From NCBI GenBank assembly GCA_028293465.1, contig JAQGOT010000131.1, positions 1 to 28,011 of the forward strand: a stretch of DNA of 28,011 nt. The letters are read 5' to 3'. Position 1 is the stretch's first letter. Each line of letters begins with the position of its first letter. Positions 7,356 through 16,851 of the stretch are shown piece by piece. This stretch comes from Pedosphaera sp. (GTDB taxonomy: Bacteria > Verrucomicrobiota > Verrucomicrobiia > Limisphaerales > Pedosphaeraceae). The translations under genes were made by a program, and so were the position numbers. The notes under the pieces were generated by a model. That model ran no database searches, had not been told where the DNA came from, and saw nothing but the letters and a program-made list of their open reading frames with translations.

Positions 7356-8555
7356 TCAGCCGCCAAATCTCCTCCTGTTTCCGACATTGACCTCGGCCGC
7401 GCCCACCCTGGTTGCCAACCGATTGGACTCGATTTCGGTCAGATCCGTGTTCACGAGCAGGATGGATTTGGGCTTGCCCTGCTCGGTGCGCATCAACGTC
7501 CAGCGGCTGTGCACGCGGACCTCATGCCCATCTTTGGCGACTTGGTGCAGGTCTCCGCTCCAGGCACCTTGTTCCATGACGGTCTTCTTGGCCGCTTCAA
7601 ATTCGCCGTGGTCGGGATACAACAGTTCGGTGGCCGGCCGGCCCAAGATTTCGTCCTTCGTCCAGCCATACAAGCGCACAGCGCCTTCATTCCAGAATTG
7701 GATGCGGTCCTCCATGTCGCGCACCAGGATGGCATCCGGGTCCAGGTCGAGCAAGCGGGCCTGCTCCTGGATTTGCTCCGCCGCCAGCTTGTGGCCGGTG
7801 ATATCGTGATACAAGCCGATGAGCAACTTGCGCCCGTACAAAATCAACGGCGAAACGCGAACCTGCACCGGCACACGCGCGCCATCCGCCCGGACGATTT
7901 CATCCTCATAGTCCATGGTGGACGTTTGCCCGTTCTCAGCGACAAACCGGCGCCGATGTTCTTCAAATATCTCGGGTGACTGAAACTGGCTCTGGTTCTT
8001 GCCGACGATTTCACTCCGGCTGCGGCCAAGGAGGGCCTCACCTTGTTTGTTGGTGTCTAGGATGCGGCCGGTCTGGACATCCGTGAGAAAGGCGGCGTCG
8101 CCCAGGCTTTCAAACAACTGGCGGTATTTATGTTCGGATTGGCGCATTGCCTCTTCCGCCCGCTGGCTCTCGTTACGCTCCTGTTGATCGCGTAACGCCC
8201 GACGCACAGCGGGGCCGAGACGCGAGAGCCGGTTCTTGAAGATGTAATCCGTGGCGCCTTGCTTCAAGCTTTCCACCGCCAGCTCCTCGTCGATGGTGCC
8301 CGAGACGAAGATGAAGGGCGTCCCGGGCCGCCGGTCTCGCGCCAGCTTCAAAGCGCGCATGCCGTCGAACGAAGGCAGTGTGTAATCCGAAAGGATGCAA
8401 TCAAACTCCCGTTCGCAGAGGGCGGCCAGGAAAGTTTCGCCCGTGTCCGCGCTCACCACCTCGCGCGACAATCCTTCGGCCAGAAGTATTCGCCGGATGA
8501 GTTCGGCATCGTGCCAATCGTCCTCCAGGTGCAAAATGCGAAGTAAAGTATTCAT
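7356..8555 (-). CDS. Receiver domain plus two PAS domains, with no kinase or other output domain
   Basis: ILHLEDD, ILSDYTLP (phospho-Asp), FIFVSG, GATDYIFK = REC; then YRQLFESLGDA...PAS and LLDLDPDAILVRD...WNEGAVRLYGW...PAS. ATG 8555 chosen (399 aa), 10 nt after the GH2 stop. Confidence 0.85.
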   Translation of the reverse strand: MNTLLRILHLEDDWHDAELIRRILLAEGLSREVVSADTGETFLAALCEREFDCILSDYTLPSFDGMRALKLARDRRPGTPFIFVSGTIDEELAVESLKQGATDYIFKNRLSRLGPAVRRALRDQQERNESQRAEEAMRQSEHKYRQLFESLGDAAFLTDVQTGRILDTNKQGEALLGRSRSEIVGKNQSQFQSPEIFEEHRRRFVAENGQTSTMDYEDEIVRADGARVPVQVRVSPLILYGRKLLIGLYHDITGHKLAAEQIQEQARLLDLDPDAILVRDMEDRIQFWNEGAVRLYGWTKDEILGRPATELLYPDHGEFEAAKKTVMEQGAWSGDLHQVAKDGHEVRVHSRWTLMRTEQGKPKSILLVNTDLTEIESNRLATRVGAAEVNVGNRRRFGG

Positions 8556-8565
8556 AATATCCAAA

Positions 8566-11457
8566 CTACCATTCAATAATGACCGTTGGGCAGACGGGAT
8601 AGCGGCCACATTCCGCACCATAAACCGTCAGGCCGCCTTGCGCCAACGCGTCGGCGGGCACCACCAGCCGCAGGTGCACGTGATCGTCCAGGGTGTGGCG
8701 GGCAATCTGTTGCAGTTGCTCGTCCTCCGCAAAAGCGTGAGCCAAATAGCCATAAGCTCCCAGTCCGCCGCGCAGGTAGCTCAACGCCCCGCGCGCATCA
8801 TGCGGATGATTCCGGACGAACGCGCCGTACACTTGGATCCCGTTCAAAAACATCTGGAGCGTGGTGGGGAAGATGTCGTCATCGGTCTGTGGAGTGTCGA
8901 TCCGATGCGAGGAGACCTCGGCCAGGACGCGGATGCGTCGCGCCTTCGAGATGTCCGCACCCTCCAACGGCAGGACCCACTCGAAGAAGCCGTGGCCTTG
9001 GCCATAACAGGAATCCTCCGCCCTTTCGCGCTCGCGCTCACCCGCCCCGCCGCTCCATTCCGCGGTGGCCCAGTCACCGGGCGGGCCCCGCAGCACGAGT
9101 GCCCGGGGGACATCCTCGCGGCTGGCGGGATATTGGTCGGACACAAAATACTGGTGAAAATTCTTCGCGATGACGGTTCCTTCCGCATTATAAGCCTCGA
9201 CGCAGAAGGTGCAGAGCATCGGCTCCGCAGGCATTTGCATTTCGATGGTATGGGCATGCACGACACGCCGATGAGGGAACTCGATCGGCACACTCCCGCG
9301 CGCGAGATCCCGTTGGACGCGGCCGCGCGTGTCCATGCCATCCAGGCGCCAGCGCAATGAAATATTCCGGTTGGGCCGGGACGAGAAATGGGAAGAGGCC
9401 ACGTCCACGCGCACCACCTCGCCGGGGGAACGGCGGGAGATGGGTGCCGCGTCCAACGGCAACGTATCGCTTTCATTGATGATGGCAGGGTCGTAGCCAA
9501 ATTCCTTCGGCGTCCGGTCGTAATTCAGGAAGCCATTGTGCTCCCATTCGACATCATGAAGCTCCGTGAAAATGTAAGCGGAAATCTGCCCGTATCGGCG
9601 CAACTCATTGGTCAGAAATTTGAACGTCCAACTGACATCCACGTCGCCATCCAAGGCCCCCACCCCGCCGTATTCGCTGTTGATCAGCGGCTGGCCTTTG
9701 TGCGCATAGCCGGGCACGTAATTGTAGTTGGAGCCGGGGAACGTGGACTGCACGACCTTGGCAATGTGCTCCTTGGCCCGGGCATAATCATTGATGTAAA
9801 AATGCCATGAATTGATGTCGGTATCGCCGTGGGCATAATAATCCAGATGCTCCCATTGGACGACGCTCATGTCCTCGATCAGCCGGGTGGGGTCCAGCTT
9901 TTTCGCCAACGCCCACATGCTTTGCACCCACACGTGCGCACTAAGGTTCGCGAGCCTGGCCCGGGTCGATGGCGGGGTCAGTTCCGCCACGGCCGTCGCC
10001 CCCGCACTCACAGCGCTGGCGGAAACCGCCAGATTGGTCCTCAATCGCGGCCGGTGTTTGGGAGTGGTGGGATGGATGAGATCCACAAACTCCACCTGTC
10101 CACCAAAGCCCCAGGTTTCGTTGAAGGTGCACCAGGCAAAGATGGAAGGGTGGTTGAAATCCCGTTTGATGGCTTCGCGCATCGTAGCTTCGTAGCGTCG
10201 CCGTCCCAGCGGCGTGTCGCCCCCTTCGCCGAAGTTCGGAAAGTCCGCCATCAACAACATCCCCATCTTATCAGCGTAGTAAAGCAACAGGGGGTCATCG
10301 ATCTTGATGTGGATGCGCAGGAAGTTAAACCCCACCTTCTTGGCATACGCGATATCATTCTTTAACGTTCGCACGTCTCCGGCGGTATAGACCCCGTCCG
10401 GGTAAAAGGATTGATGCAAGGCCCCACGCAGGTAGCGCGCCACGCCGTTCAAGCGCAGAGCCACCGGGGCTTCGGGGGGCTCGCCGGGCGCAAAGTCAAT
10501 TTTCCGCATGCCGAAATAGCTCCGGACCGTGTCCATCACCCGGTCCTGCTGCCGCAAATGGAACCGTAGTTTGTAGAGATGAGGTTCATTGGGGCTCCAG
10601 AGCAACAACGGATCGACCTTCATGGTGCCTTCGGCCATCCCGGTACTGACTTTGAAAGTAGCGGTTTGCGGGGTGCGGCTGTCCGGCGCAATGATTTCCA
10701 CCGCCACCGTCCCCTCGCCCTCAACGTGCTGGCACTCGATCTGAAACCGTGCCGTGCCGGCGTCGATGTCCGTGAACACGCGAAAGTGATCAATATACGA
10801 AGCGCTGCGCGGCTCGACGAACACAGTTTGCCAAATGCCGCTGACGGTGGTGTACCAGCGCCATTGTTTGCCGACGGGTTGCTCGTGGTTATCCACCGGA
10901 TCTTCCACGCGGAACACCAGCAGGGCGCGTCGTTTGCCATCCGTCCCGGGTTCCCCCAAGGTGTCGGTGAGATCGAATTCAAACGGGGTGTAACCGCCCT
11001 CGTGATGGCCGAGGTGTTTGCCATTCGACCAGCAATCGGTAAAGAAGTCCGCTGCGCCGATGGTTAGAATGACGCGCTTGCCCTCCCAATCCGGGTTATT
11101 CGGAATCTCGATGAGGCGCCGGTACCACCCCACTTCATACCGGGGGGCGGAGCGATGATTGGCGGCGTTTACTTCCAGCGGGTTGAGGAACACGCGCGTG
11201 GCGTAGTAGTTCTCGTTGCCGGCGGCATCCCCCTCCCCCCAGGCGGCAAGCGATTCCCAGCAAAAGGGAACGATGATTTGCTCGCGCCATTCCAATTCGT
11301 CGGGGCGGAACCATTCTTCCTCCACCCCGCGCCGGTGCCGGTCAAAACGGAACTGCCAGGGGCCATTTAAATTTAACCAATCAATCCCCTCCCGGGTGCC
11401 CCGCTGGCGGTCGGGCCGGGGATACTCTGGCCGAGGATAGGCAAAAGAAATCGACAT
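8566..11457 (-). CDS. Glycoside hydrolase family 2 with a long C-terminal extension
   Basis: YPRPEYPRPD, WLNLNGPWQF, HEGGYTPFEFDLT, SGIWQTV, GFNFLRIHIK, WCTFNETWG (acid/base Glu), PLINSEYGG (nucleophile Glu). ATG 11457 chosen (963 aa); no signal peptide seen. Confidence 0.9.
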   Translation of the reverse strand: MSISFAYPRPEYPRPDRQRGTREGIDWLNLNGPWQFRFDRHRRGVEEEWFRPDELEWREQIIVPFCWESLAAWGEGDAAGNENYYATRVFLNPLEVNAANHRSAPRYEVGWYRRLIEIPNNPDWEGKRVILTIGAADFFTDCWSNGKHLGHHEGGYTPFEFDLTDTLGEPGTDGKRRALLVFRVEDPVDNHEQPVGKQWRWYTTVSGIWQTVFVEPRSASYIDHFRVFTDIDAGTARFQIECQHVEGEGTVAVEIIAPDSRTPQTATFKVSTGMAEGTMKVDPLLLWSPNEPHLYKLRFHLRQQDRVMDTVRSYFGMRKIDFAPGEPPEAPVALRLNGVARYLRGALHQSFYPDGVYTAGDVRTLKNDIAYAKKVGFNFLRIHIKIDDPLLLYYADKMGMLLMADFPNFGEGGDTPLGRRRYEATMREAIKRDFNHPSIFAWCTFNETWGFGGQVEFVDLIHPTTPKHRPRLRTNLAVSASAVSAGATAVAELTPPSTRARLANLSAHVWVQSMWALAKKLDPTRLIEDMSVVQWEHLDYYAHGDTDINSWHFYINDYARAKEHIAKVVQSTFPGSNYNYVPGYAHKGQPLINSEYGGVGALDGDVDVSWTFKFLTNELRRYGQISAYIFTELHDVEWEHNGFLNYDRTPKEFGYDPAIINESDTLPLDAAPISRRSPGEVVRVDVASSHFSSRPNRNISLRWRLDGMDTRGRVQRDLARGSVPIEFPHRRVVHAHTIEMQMPAEPMLCTFCVEAYNAEGTVIAKNFHQYFVSDQYPASREDVPRALVLRGPPGDWATAEWSGGAGERERERAEDSCYGQGHGFFEWVLPLEGADISKARRIRVLAEVSSHRIDTPQTDDDIFPTTLQMFLNGIQVYGAFVRNHPHDARGALSYLRGGLGAYGYLAHAFAEDEQLQQIARHTLDDHVHLRLVVPADALAQGGLTVYGAECGRYPVCPTVIIEW

Positions 11458-11976
11458 AATAAAAGACTGCTCTCTAGAAAGGGACAGGAACCCGGACTTC
11501 CTGCTCAAAAACCGGTGGGTTTGGACACGGATTGTTTTTTCGGGCGGAATCCTGAGGTTGTGACGCCTCAGTTCCGCGATGGCCTGACATGACCCGGCGG
11601 TTTCAGTGATAGAGCATCACCAGTCCTCCTCTACGTAAAGCCGCTTTGGGTTATCGTCAAATCCCACAGCCAAAGAAAATGTGGTTAAGCAAAAACTTCT
11701 TTTGGTGCCGCTTCCGACTTGGCCCACGCAGGCTGAGTTGGGGTGTAACACGGTGGCATGTACATTTCACTAAATTGGTCTTAATGATTACGCCAGAGTC
11801 AGTTTGCGTTGCATGCGATCCTCCTCCCACCCCGAAAAGCCCTTGGCGCGAGTGCTTCTTGCCGCCGTGAGAGCTGCTGGCTTGCGCCGGATTATCGGGC
11901 ACGGGAGATGGCCCGCGAGGGCGTGCGGTGGGGGATGGAAGGTTTCGGTTATCATGCGGGTAGGAACAGGCGTGCC

Positions 11977-13209
11977 TCAGGAAGCCCTTAAGCTTGCCTG
12001 GCGCCGCCGTTTCAACGTCGGCGCGCTGCCATTACCATTCCCATTTAAGTGCAGAGGAAACGTCACGGCCGTCAGCTTCGGCTCGTATTCCAACTCAATG
12101 GCCTCGGCGCGGCTCAGCCCGGCCATTTGCGCAAAAACCGTCAGGGCCTGGGCCGCCACCTGGTCCATGTTGTAATAACGGTAGGTGGCAAGCCGGCCCA
12201 CAAAGTGTACTCCATTCGTCGCCTCGGCGAGCGCCTGGTACTTCCTGTAGAGTTCGGCATTTTCCGCGCGGGGAATGGGATAATAAGGATCGCCCTCCGC
12301 CCGCGAGAATTCATAGACGATGCTCGTTTTGGCGTGTTCCTGGCCGGTGAGATGTTTGAACTCGGTGACCCGGGTGAAGGCGTAGTCGTTGGGATAATTA
12401 ATCACCGCGACCGGTTGCAGGAATTCCTTGTTGTGGGTCTCGTGTTTGAATTCGAGGCAGCGGTAGGGGAGCTTCCCGTGGATGAAGTCGAAATATTCAT
12501 CGACCGGGCCGGTGTAGATCAACTCGCGGTACGGGATGAGCTCCCGAATCTCCCGGTAATCGGTGTTGAGCATGACCCGAATGTTGGGATGGTCCAACAT
12601 GCTCTGGAACATGCGGGTGAACCCGTGACGCGGCATCGCCTGATACGTGTCGGTGAAATAGCGGGCGTCACGATTGGTGCGCGTCGGCACGCGGGCGGTC
12701 ACCTGCGCATCGAGTTCCGAAGGGTCCAGACCCCATTGTTTGCGGGTGTAACCGCGAAAGAATTTCTCATAAAGCTCGCGTCCGACCTTGCTGACCACCA
12801 CATCCTCCGAGGTTCGGATTGCCTCTTTTTTTTCGGCCCGGCTGGCCAGGAAGTCATCCATTTGCAGCGCGGTCAATTCCAGCCCGTAAAGCTGGTTGAT
12901 GGTATCCAGGTTGATGGGAATGGGCACCAACTGCCCGTCCACGCTCGCCAGCACGCGGTGCTGGTACTGCCGCCAGGCGGTAAACCGCGAAAGGTAATCA
13001 AACACTTCACTGCTGTTGGTATGAAAGATGTGCGGCCCATACTTATGCACCAGGATGCCGGCATCATCGTAATGGTCGTAAGCATTGCCGCCAATATGAG
13101 GCCGCCGATCCACCAACAAGACCTGTTTACCGCAACCCCGGGCCAGCCGTTCCGCCAGAATGCTGCCGGCAAATCCGGCCCCCACGATCAGATAATCGAA
13201 CATCTCCAT
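11977..13209 (-). CDS. glf: UDP-galactopyranose mutase
   Basis: FDYLIVGAGFAG (FAD binding), HIGGNAYD, HKYGPHIFHTN, YTRKQWG, EGDPYYPIP, GRLATYRYYNMDQ; GGGAGG ribosome site just before ATG 13209. Confidence 0.97.
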   Translation of the reverse strand: MEMFDYLIVGAGFAGSILAERLARGCGKQVLLVDRRPHIGGNAYDHYDDAGILVHKYGPHIFHTNSSEVFDYLSRFTAWRQYQHRVLASVDGQLVPIPINLDTINQLYGLELTALQMDDFLASRAEKKEAIRTSEDVVVSKVGRELYEKFFRGYTRKQWGLDPSELDAQVTARVPTRTNRDARYFTDTYQAMPRHGFTRMFQSMLDHPNIRVMLNTDYREIRELIPYRELIYTGPVDEYFDFIHGKLPYRCLEFKHETHNKEFLQPVAVINYPNDYAFTRVTEFKHLTGQEHAKTSIVYEFSRAEGDPYYPIPRAENAELYRKYQALAEATNGVHFVGRLATYRYYNMDQVAAQALTVFAQMAGLSRAEAIELEYEPKLTAVTFPLHLNGNGNGSAPTLKRRRQASLRAS

Positions 13210-13241
13210 TGGTCCTCCCCGGTTTGGCATTTGTGCGACCA

Positions 13242-14561
13242 TCAACGTTTTCCCCCCCCCTTCACGGTCGCTGCCCGCTTGCGTGCCAGTGCATCGTCAA
13301 TGTGGGCCTCCATCTTTTCCACGATCGAATCCCAGCTGTTGTCGGCCGCCATTTTCAATCCCCGCTTGATGGCGGACGCATCCGCGCCGGCAATGGCCTG
13401 CCGACACAATAATATAAATGCGTTATGAGACCGGGCGACTTTGACCACGGATCCAAAATTGTGCACCACATCTGATACTGCGGAGCTGACAACATTCTTG
13501 CCCGTGGCCATGTATTCGAGGGCTTTGGTGGGATTGATGTATTCCGTCGCTTCATTGAGGGCGAACGGCATCAGGCAGACATCAAAGGCCTTGGTATAGG
13601 CCGGCAGTTCGGCGTAGGGACGCTGGCCGAGCCAGTGCAGGTTGGGCCGTTTTGGCAACGCGTGCTCTCTCACCTTGATAACCGGTCCGATCATCGCCAC
13701 GGACCATTGTGGGTTTGCATCGGCCAGCTTCGCCAGCAGTTCATAATCGATCCGCTCATCGATGACTCCGAAATAACCGAGCACATGGGGACCCAGATTC
13801 TTGACTCCGGCCGGGACCAGTGTCTCGACATCCCGCGCGCGGCCGAAGTGGTCAACGTCCACCCCGCAGCCGTAGAAGTGACAGTTTGCGTTGTGTCGGC
13901 TTTTGGCTTCGTACAGTTTTCGTCCGCCGGTGAACACCACATCGGCCCGCGCCAACAACTCCGCTTCTCGCCGCGCCAATTCGGGGTGCGCCTCGCTAAA
14001 CTTGGAAAGCTCATCCATGCAGTCGTACACCGTCGCGATTTCGCCCAGGTGTCCGGCAAAAGCGGTGACGGTCATGGGATCGTAAAACCACTGGACTGCA
14101 TCTTCAAACTGCCCGGCCAACGGTCCCAATAACGCTTCCTGGATCACGCGGCGGCGGGTGCGGTCCACATAAACCGACTGTCCCCAGCGCCAGGCAGGAA
14201 ATTGCAGGCGTACGCGGGTGATGTTGGGATAGTCCGGAGTCGGCAGAATGCGAACCGAGGGTGTGACCAGTTGCGGGTCCGGTCCCATCGTCTCCACGAA
14301 CAGAATCGGATGGCGCTGACTCAGGCGCGAGAGAAATTGTTGCGGGCGCTGCCAGACCCAGTCCCAACAAAGATGGCAGTGAACGATGATGGGATAATTA
14401 TCTGACCGGAATAATGCCTTGGCCTTGGCGCGGGGCGTTCCCTTTTTGCGTGGTATTCGGTCGGAGGTTTTAGAGTCTTTGACACGGGTAAGAAAATGTT
14501 GTTTTGCGGAATTACTCCGTTCGGATGAGCTTGAATCAGAGCGATAAGGCGCGTAGGACAT
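13242..14561 (-). CDS. GT-B fold glycosyltransferase (GT4/TuaH-like), co-transcribed with glf
   Basis: HLCWDWVWQRPQQFLSRL, VYDCMDELSKF, ADVVFTGG, GYFGVIDERID, DVCLMPFALNEATEYINPTKALEYMATGK; first ATG at 14561, preceded in the protein by about 55 low-complexity residues before the fold starts. Confidence 0.9.
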   Translation of the reverse strand: MSYAPYRSDSSSSERSNSAKQHFLTRVKDSKTSDRIPRKKGTPRAKAKALFRSDNYPIIVHCHLCWDWVWQRPQQFLSRLSQRHPILFVETMGPDPQLVTPSVRILPTPDYPNITRVRLQFPAWRWGQSVYVDRTRRRVIQEALLGPLAGQFEDAVQWFYDPMTVTAFAGHLGEIATVYDCMDELSKFSEAHPELARREAELLARADVVFTGGRKLYEAKSRHNANCHFYGCGVDVDHFGRARDVETLVPAGVKNLGPHVLGYFGVIDERIDYELLAKLADANPQWSVAMIGPVIKVREHALPKRPNLHWLGQRPYAELPAYTKAFDVCLMPFALNEATEYINPTKALEYMATGKNVVSSAVSDVVHNFGSVVKVARSHNAFILLCRQAIAGADASAIKRGLKMAADNSWDSIVEKMEAHIDDALARKRAATVKGGGKR

Positions 14562-15019
14562 AGAAAGCAAAATTTGTCATGTTTTATTCTCGTCTTCATC
14601 TTGACCGCAATGAGGGTCTCCCGGCGTCAGGCCAAACTGGCATAAACGCCACTCATAACAGACTTCAGGAAGGAACCTCCCTCAATGGGGTATTCACCTA
14701 AAATACGAAGCATCTGCAGGGGGTTGCACCGGCCCGAAGGCCAACAGCCTTCCGCCGTGCAATTTCATTTTCGAGGATCAGCGTGAAAATCCAACCGTGA
14801 CGCAACGCGGAATCACTGAATCTTTATGGGATTCACCGCACAAACGGTGCGTTTACCCACGCCGTGCAACGGCGATGTGGTGGCCGTCTGAAGGTGGCCG
14901 AACCTCTGGTGTGCATTTCGTGATTTGATGAATACGCCCTGCCCGGGCAAGTCAAAGGAATGGGTTCAGGGATTGAATCCGACCGCGATTGGCAGTATCT
15001 ATCAAAGGCACGAAGTCTT

Positions 15020-15715
15020 ATGCGGCTTAAATTCCGTCACCTTGCGCTGATTGTTGTATCCGGGTCCATGGCCTGGATGCTGACGGCGTGCGGTCCTTCG
15101 CAATCGGCTTCGGAGCAGTCAACGCCAGTGGAGATTCATGGTGAGCCCATCAACGCGGCCAAGGCGCCCCAAGCTCCGGCAGTAGAAGCGGCAACCAAGC
15201 CGGCGCAACCTGCGCCCGAAGTCACGGCTGTTGCCGCGGTCGCGGCGGAGGTTCCCAAAACGGTTGCATCCAAACCGACTGAAGCGGGTGGCGCTTATCC
15301 GGCGGTTGGGTTCGACAAGCTTGCCTCGTATAATTTTGACCTTTCTGATGACGGGCCGGTCACGAACCAAACCGCCGCCGTGGACAAGGCCGACGAACAG
15401 ATTCCCGCTCTCGTCAGGGCTTTCAACCAGAAGAAAGTTTCGATCAAAGGATTCATGCTGCCGCTGAAAGTGGAAAATGGAGTGGTCACGGAATTTTTGA
15501 TCATGAAAGATCAGTCGATGTGCTGTTACGGCAATGTGCCGAAGATCACCGAGTGGGTCAGCGTCAAGACCGCCAGCAAAGGGGTCAAACCCATCATGGA
15601 CCAACCGGTGAGCATTCAAGGGACGCTGCATGTTGGAGCCATGCGGGAGAACGGTTACCTGGTGGGCATCTACCAGATGGACGGTGAGAAATTGACGGAG
15701 CAGCCCGGGAATTGA
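15020..15715 (+). CDS. DUF3299-like predicted lipoprotein
   Basis: ATG 15020 gives MRLKFRH + hydrophobic stretch + lipobox LTA|C, an Ala/Pro-rich linker, then IKGFMLPL, EFLIMKDQSMCCYGNVP, VSIQGTLHVG, GIYQM. Confidence 0.7.
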   Translation: MRLKFRHLALIVVSGSMAWMLTACGPSQSASEQSTPVEIHGEPINAAKAPQAPAVEAATKPAQPAPEVTAVAAVAAEVPKTVASKPTEAGGAYPAVGFDKLASYNFDLSDDGPVTNQTAAVDKADEQIPALVRAFNQKKVSIKGFMLPLKVENGVVTEFLIMKDQSMCCYGNVPKITEWVSVKTASKGVKPIMDQPVSIQGTLHVGAMRENGYLVGIYQMDGEKLTEQPGN

Positions 15716-15752
15716 GGGGCAGCTTACACCAAGGGTGGGGTATCATCAGAGA

Positions 15753-16793
15753 TCAGGATCTCGCTCTCACGCGCAAGCCGGTTTTCTCGGGTGCGTCGGC
15801 GAAGGAGAGGATGCCTTTTTCCGAAGTGACGCCGAGGTAGGCATCATTGGTGATGAGAATATTGCCGTCCACGTCGAGATGGTTGCAGAGTTCGGCGAGG
15901 TGGGCGGCGGCGCTGATGAGAACGCTGGTCTCAATCATGCAGCCGATCATCGTTTTCAAACCGGCTTTGCGGGCGGCCTGCAGGGCTTCATAACCGCCGC
16001 TGATGCCGCCGGTCTTGCTGAGCTTCACATTCACCCCGTGGTAACATTCCGCGCAATGCGCCACGTCCTTGGCGCTGTGATAGGATTCATCGCCGAACAA
16101 CGGCAGCGGTGAACGCTCTTTCAGCCAGATCAGATGCTTAGGATCGGTCGCGGCGGGCATGGGCTGCTCGACAAACTGAATGTGGCCATCCTTGGCCAGC
16201 CACTCGATCATCTCGAGCGCCTTTTCCTTGGTGGTCCAACCTTCGTTGGCATCGACGCGCACCGCTTTCTTCGGCGCGGCTTCCCGCAAGGCACCCAGGT
16301 TCAACTTGTCGTCCGGGCCGCCGAGCTTCAACTTTAACACCGGATATCGTTCCGCAGCGATGACTTTCTGGCGAATGATGTCCGGCTTGTCGATCCCGAT
16401 CGTGAACGAGGTGACGTGGTGTTTCTCGGTGAAGCCGAGCCCGAGGTAATCGTAAACCGCTTGACCAGCTTTGCGGGCAGCGCCGTCCACAAGCGCGATA
16501 TTGAAGGCGCATTTGGCGGCCATGTTACCGGGGGCAACCGTATCGAGGTAGTTCATGCTCCCCGGGACGTCGTCGAAGGAGAGTTTGTTCGCGTCCACCT
16601 TGCCGCAGAACTCCATCACGGTATCGACGGATTCGTTGTAACGGGCGATGGGCGCCGACTCTCCGAGGCCGATGGTGCCGTTGTCATCGGCTAGTTGGAG
16701 CAGGACGACCTTGAAAATATTGGTGCCGGTGCTTCGGGAAATCGCCCAAGTGTGAGTGAGTTGCAGATCGTAACGCCAATATTTGAGTTGCAC
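15753..16793 (-). CDS. L-Ala-D/L-Glu (dipeptide) epimerase, enolase superfamily
   Basis: WAISR, GLGESAP, KLK, RVDANEGW, EQP, GDE, NVKLSKTGG, GCM, DVDG; GTG start at 16793 is likely. Confidence 0.9.
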   Translation of the reverse strand: MQLKYWRYDLQLTHTWAISRSTGTNIFKVVLLQLADDNGTIGLGESAPIARYNESVDTVMEFCGKVDANKLSFDDVPGSMNYLDTVAPGNMAAKCAFNIALVDGAARKAGQAVYDYLGLGFTEKHHVTSFTIGIDKPDIIRQKVIAAERYPVLKLKLGGPDDKLNLGALREAAPKKAVRVDANEGWTTKEKALEMIEWLAKDGHIQFVEQPMPAATDPKHLIWLKERSPLPLFGDESYHSAKDVAHCAECYHGVNVKLSKTGGISGGYEALQAARKAGLKTMIGCMIETSVLISAAAHLAELCNHLDVDGNILITNDAYLGVTSEKGILSFADAPEKTGLRVRARS

Positions 16794-16851
16794 TCCAACC
16801 AAAGAAACCTAAACCGCCGGAAGAATCAATAAGAGAAAGTGGACGCGGCAA

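Noticed and set aside
10889-10897. DnaA-box-like TTATCCACC
   Set aside because: Single mismatched copy inside the GH2 coding region; no box cluster that would mark oriC in this window.
14775-14880. GAAA...GACGCAA and small hairpins resembling a c-di-GMP-I riboswitch
   Set aside because: The GGCAAAC segment and paired P2/P3 helices are missing; only short chance stems are present.
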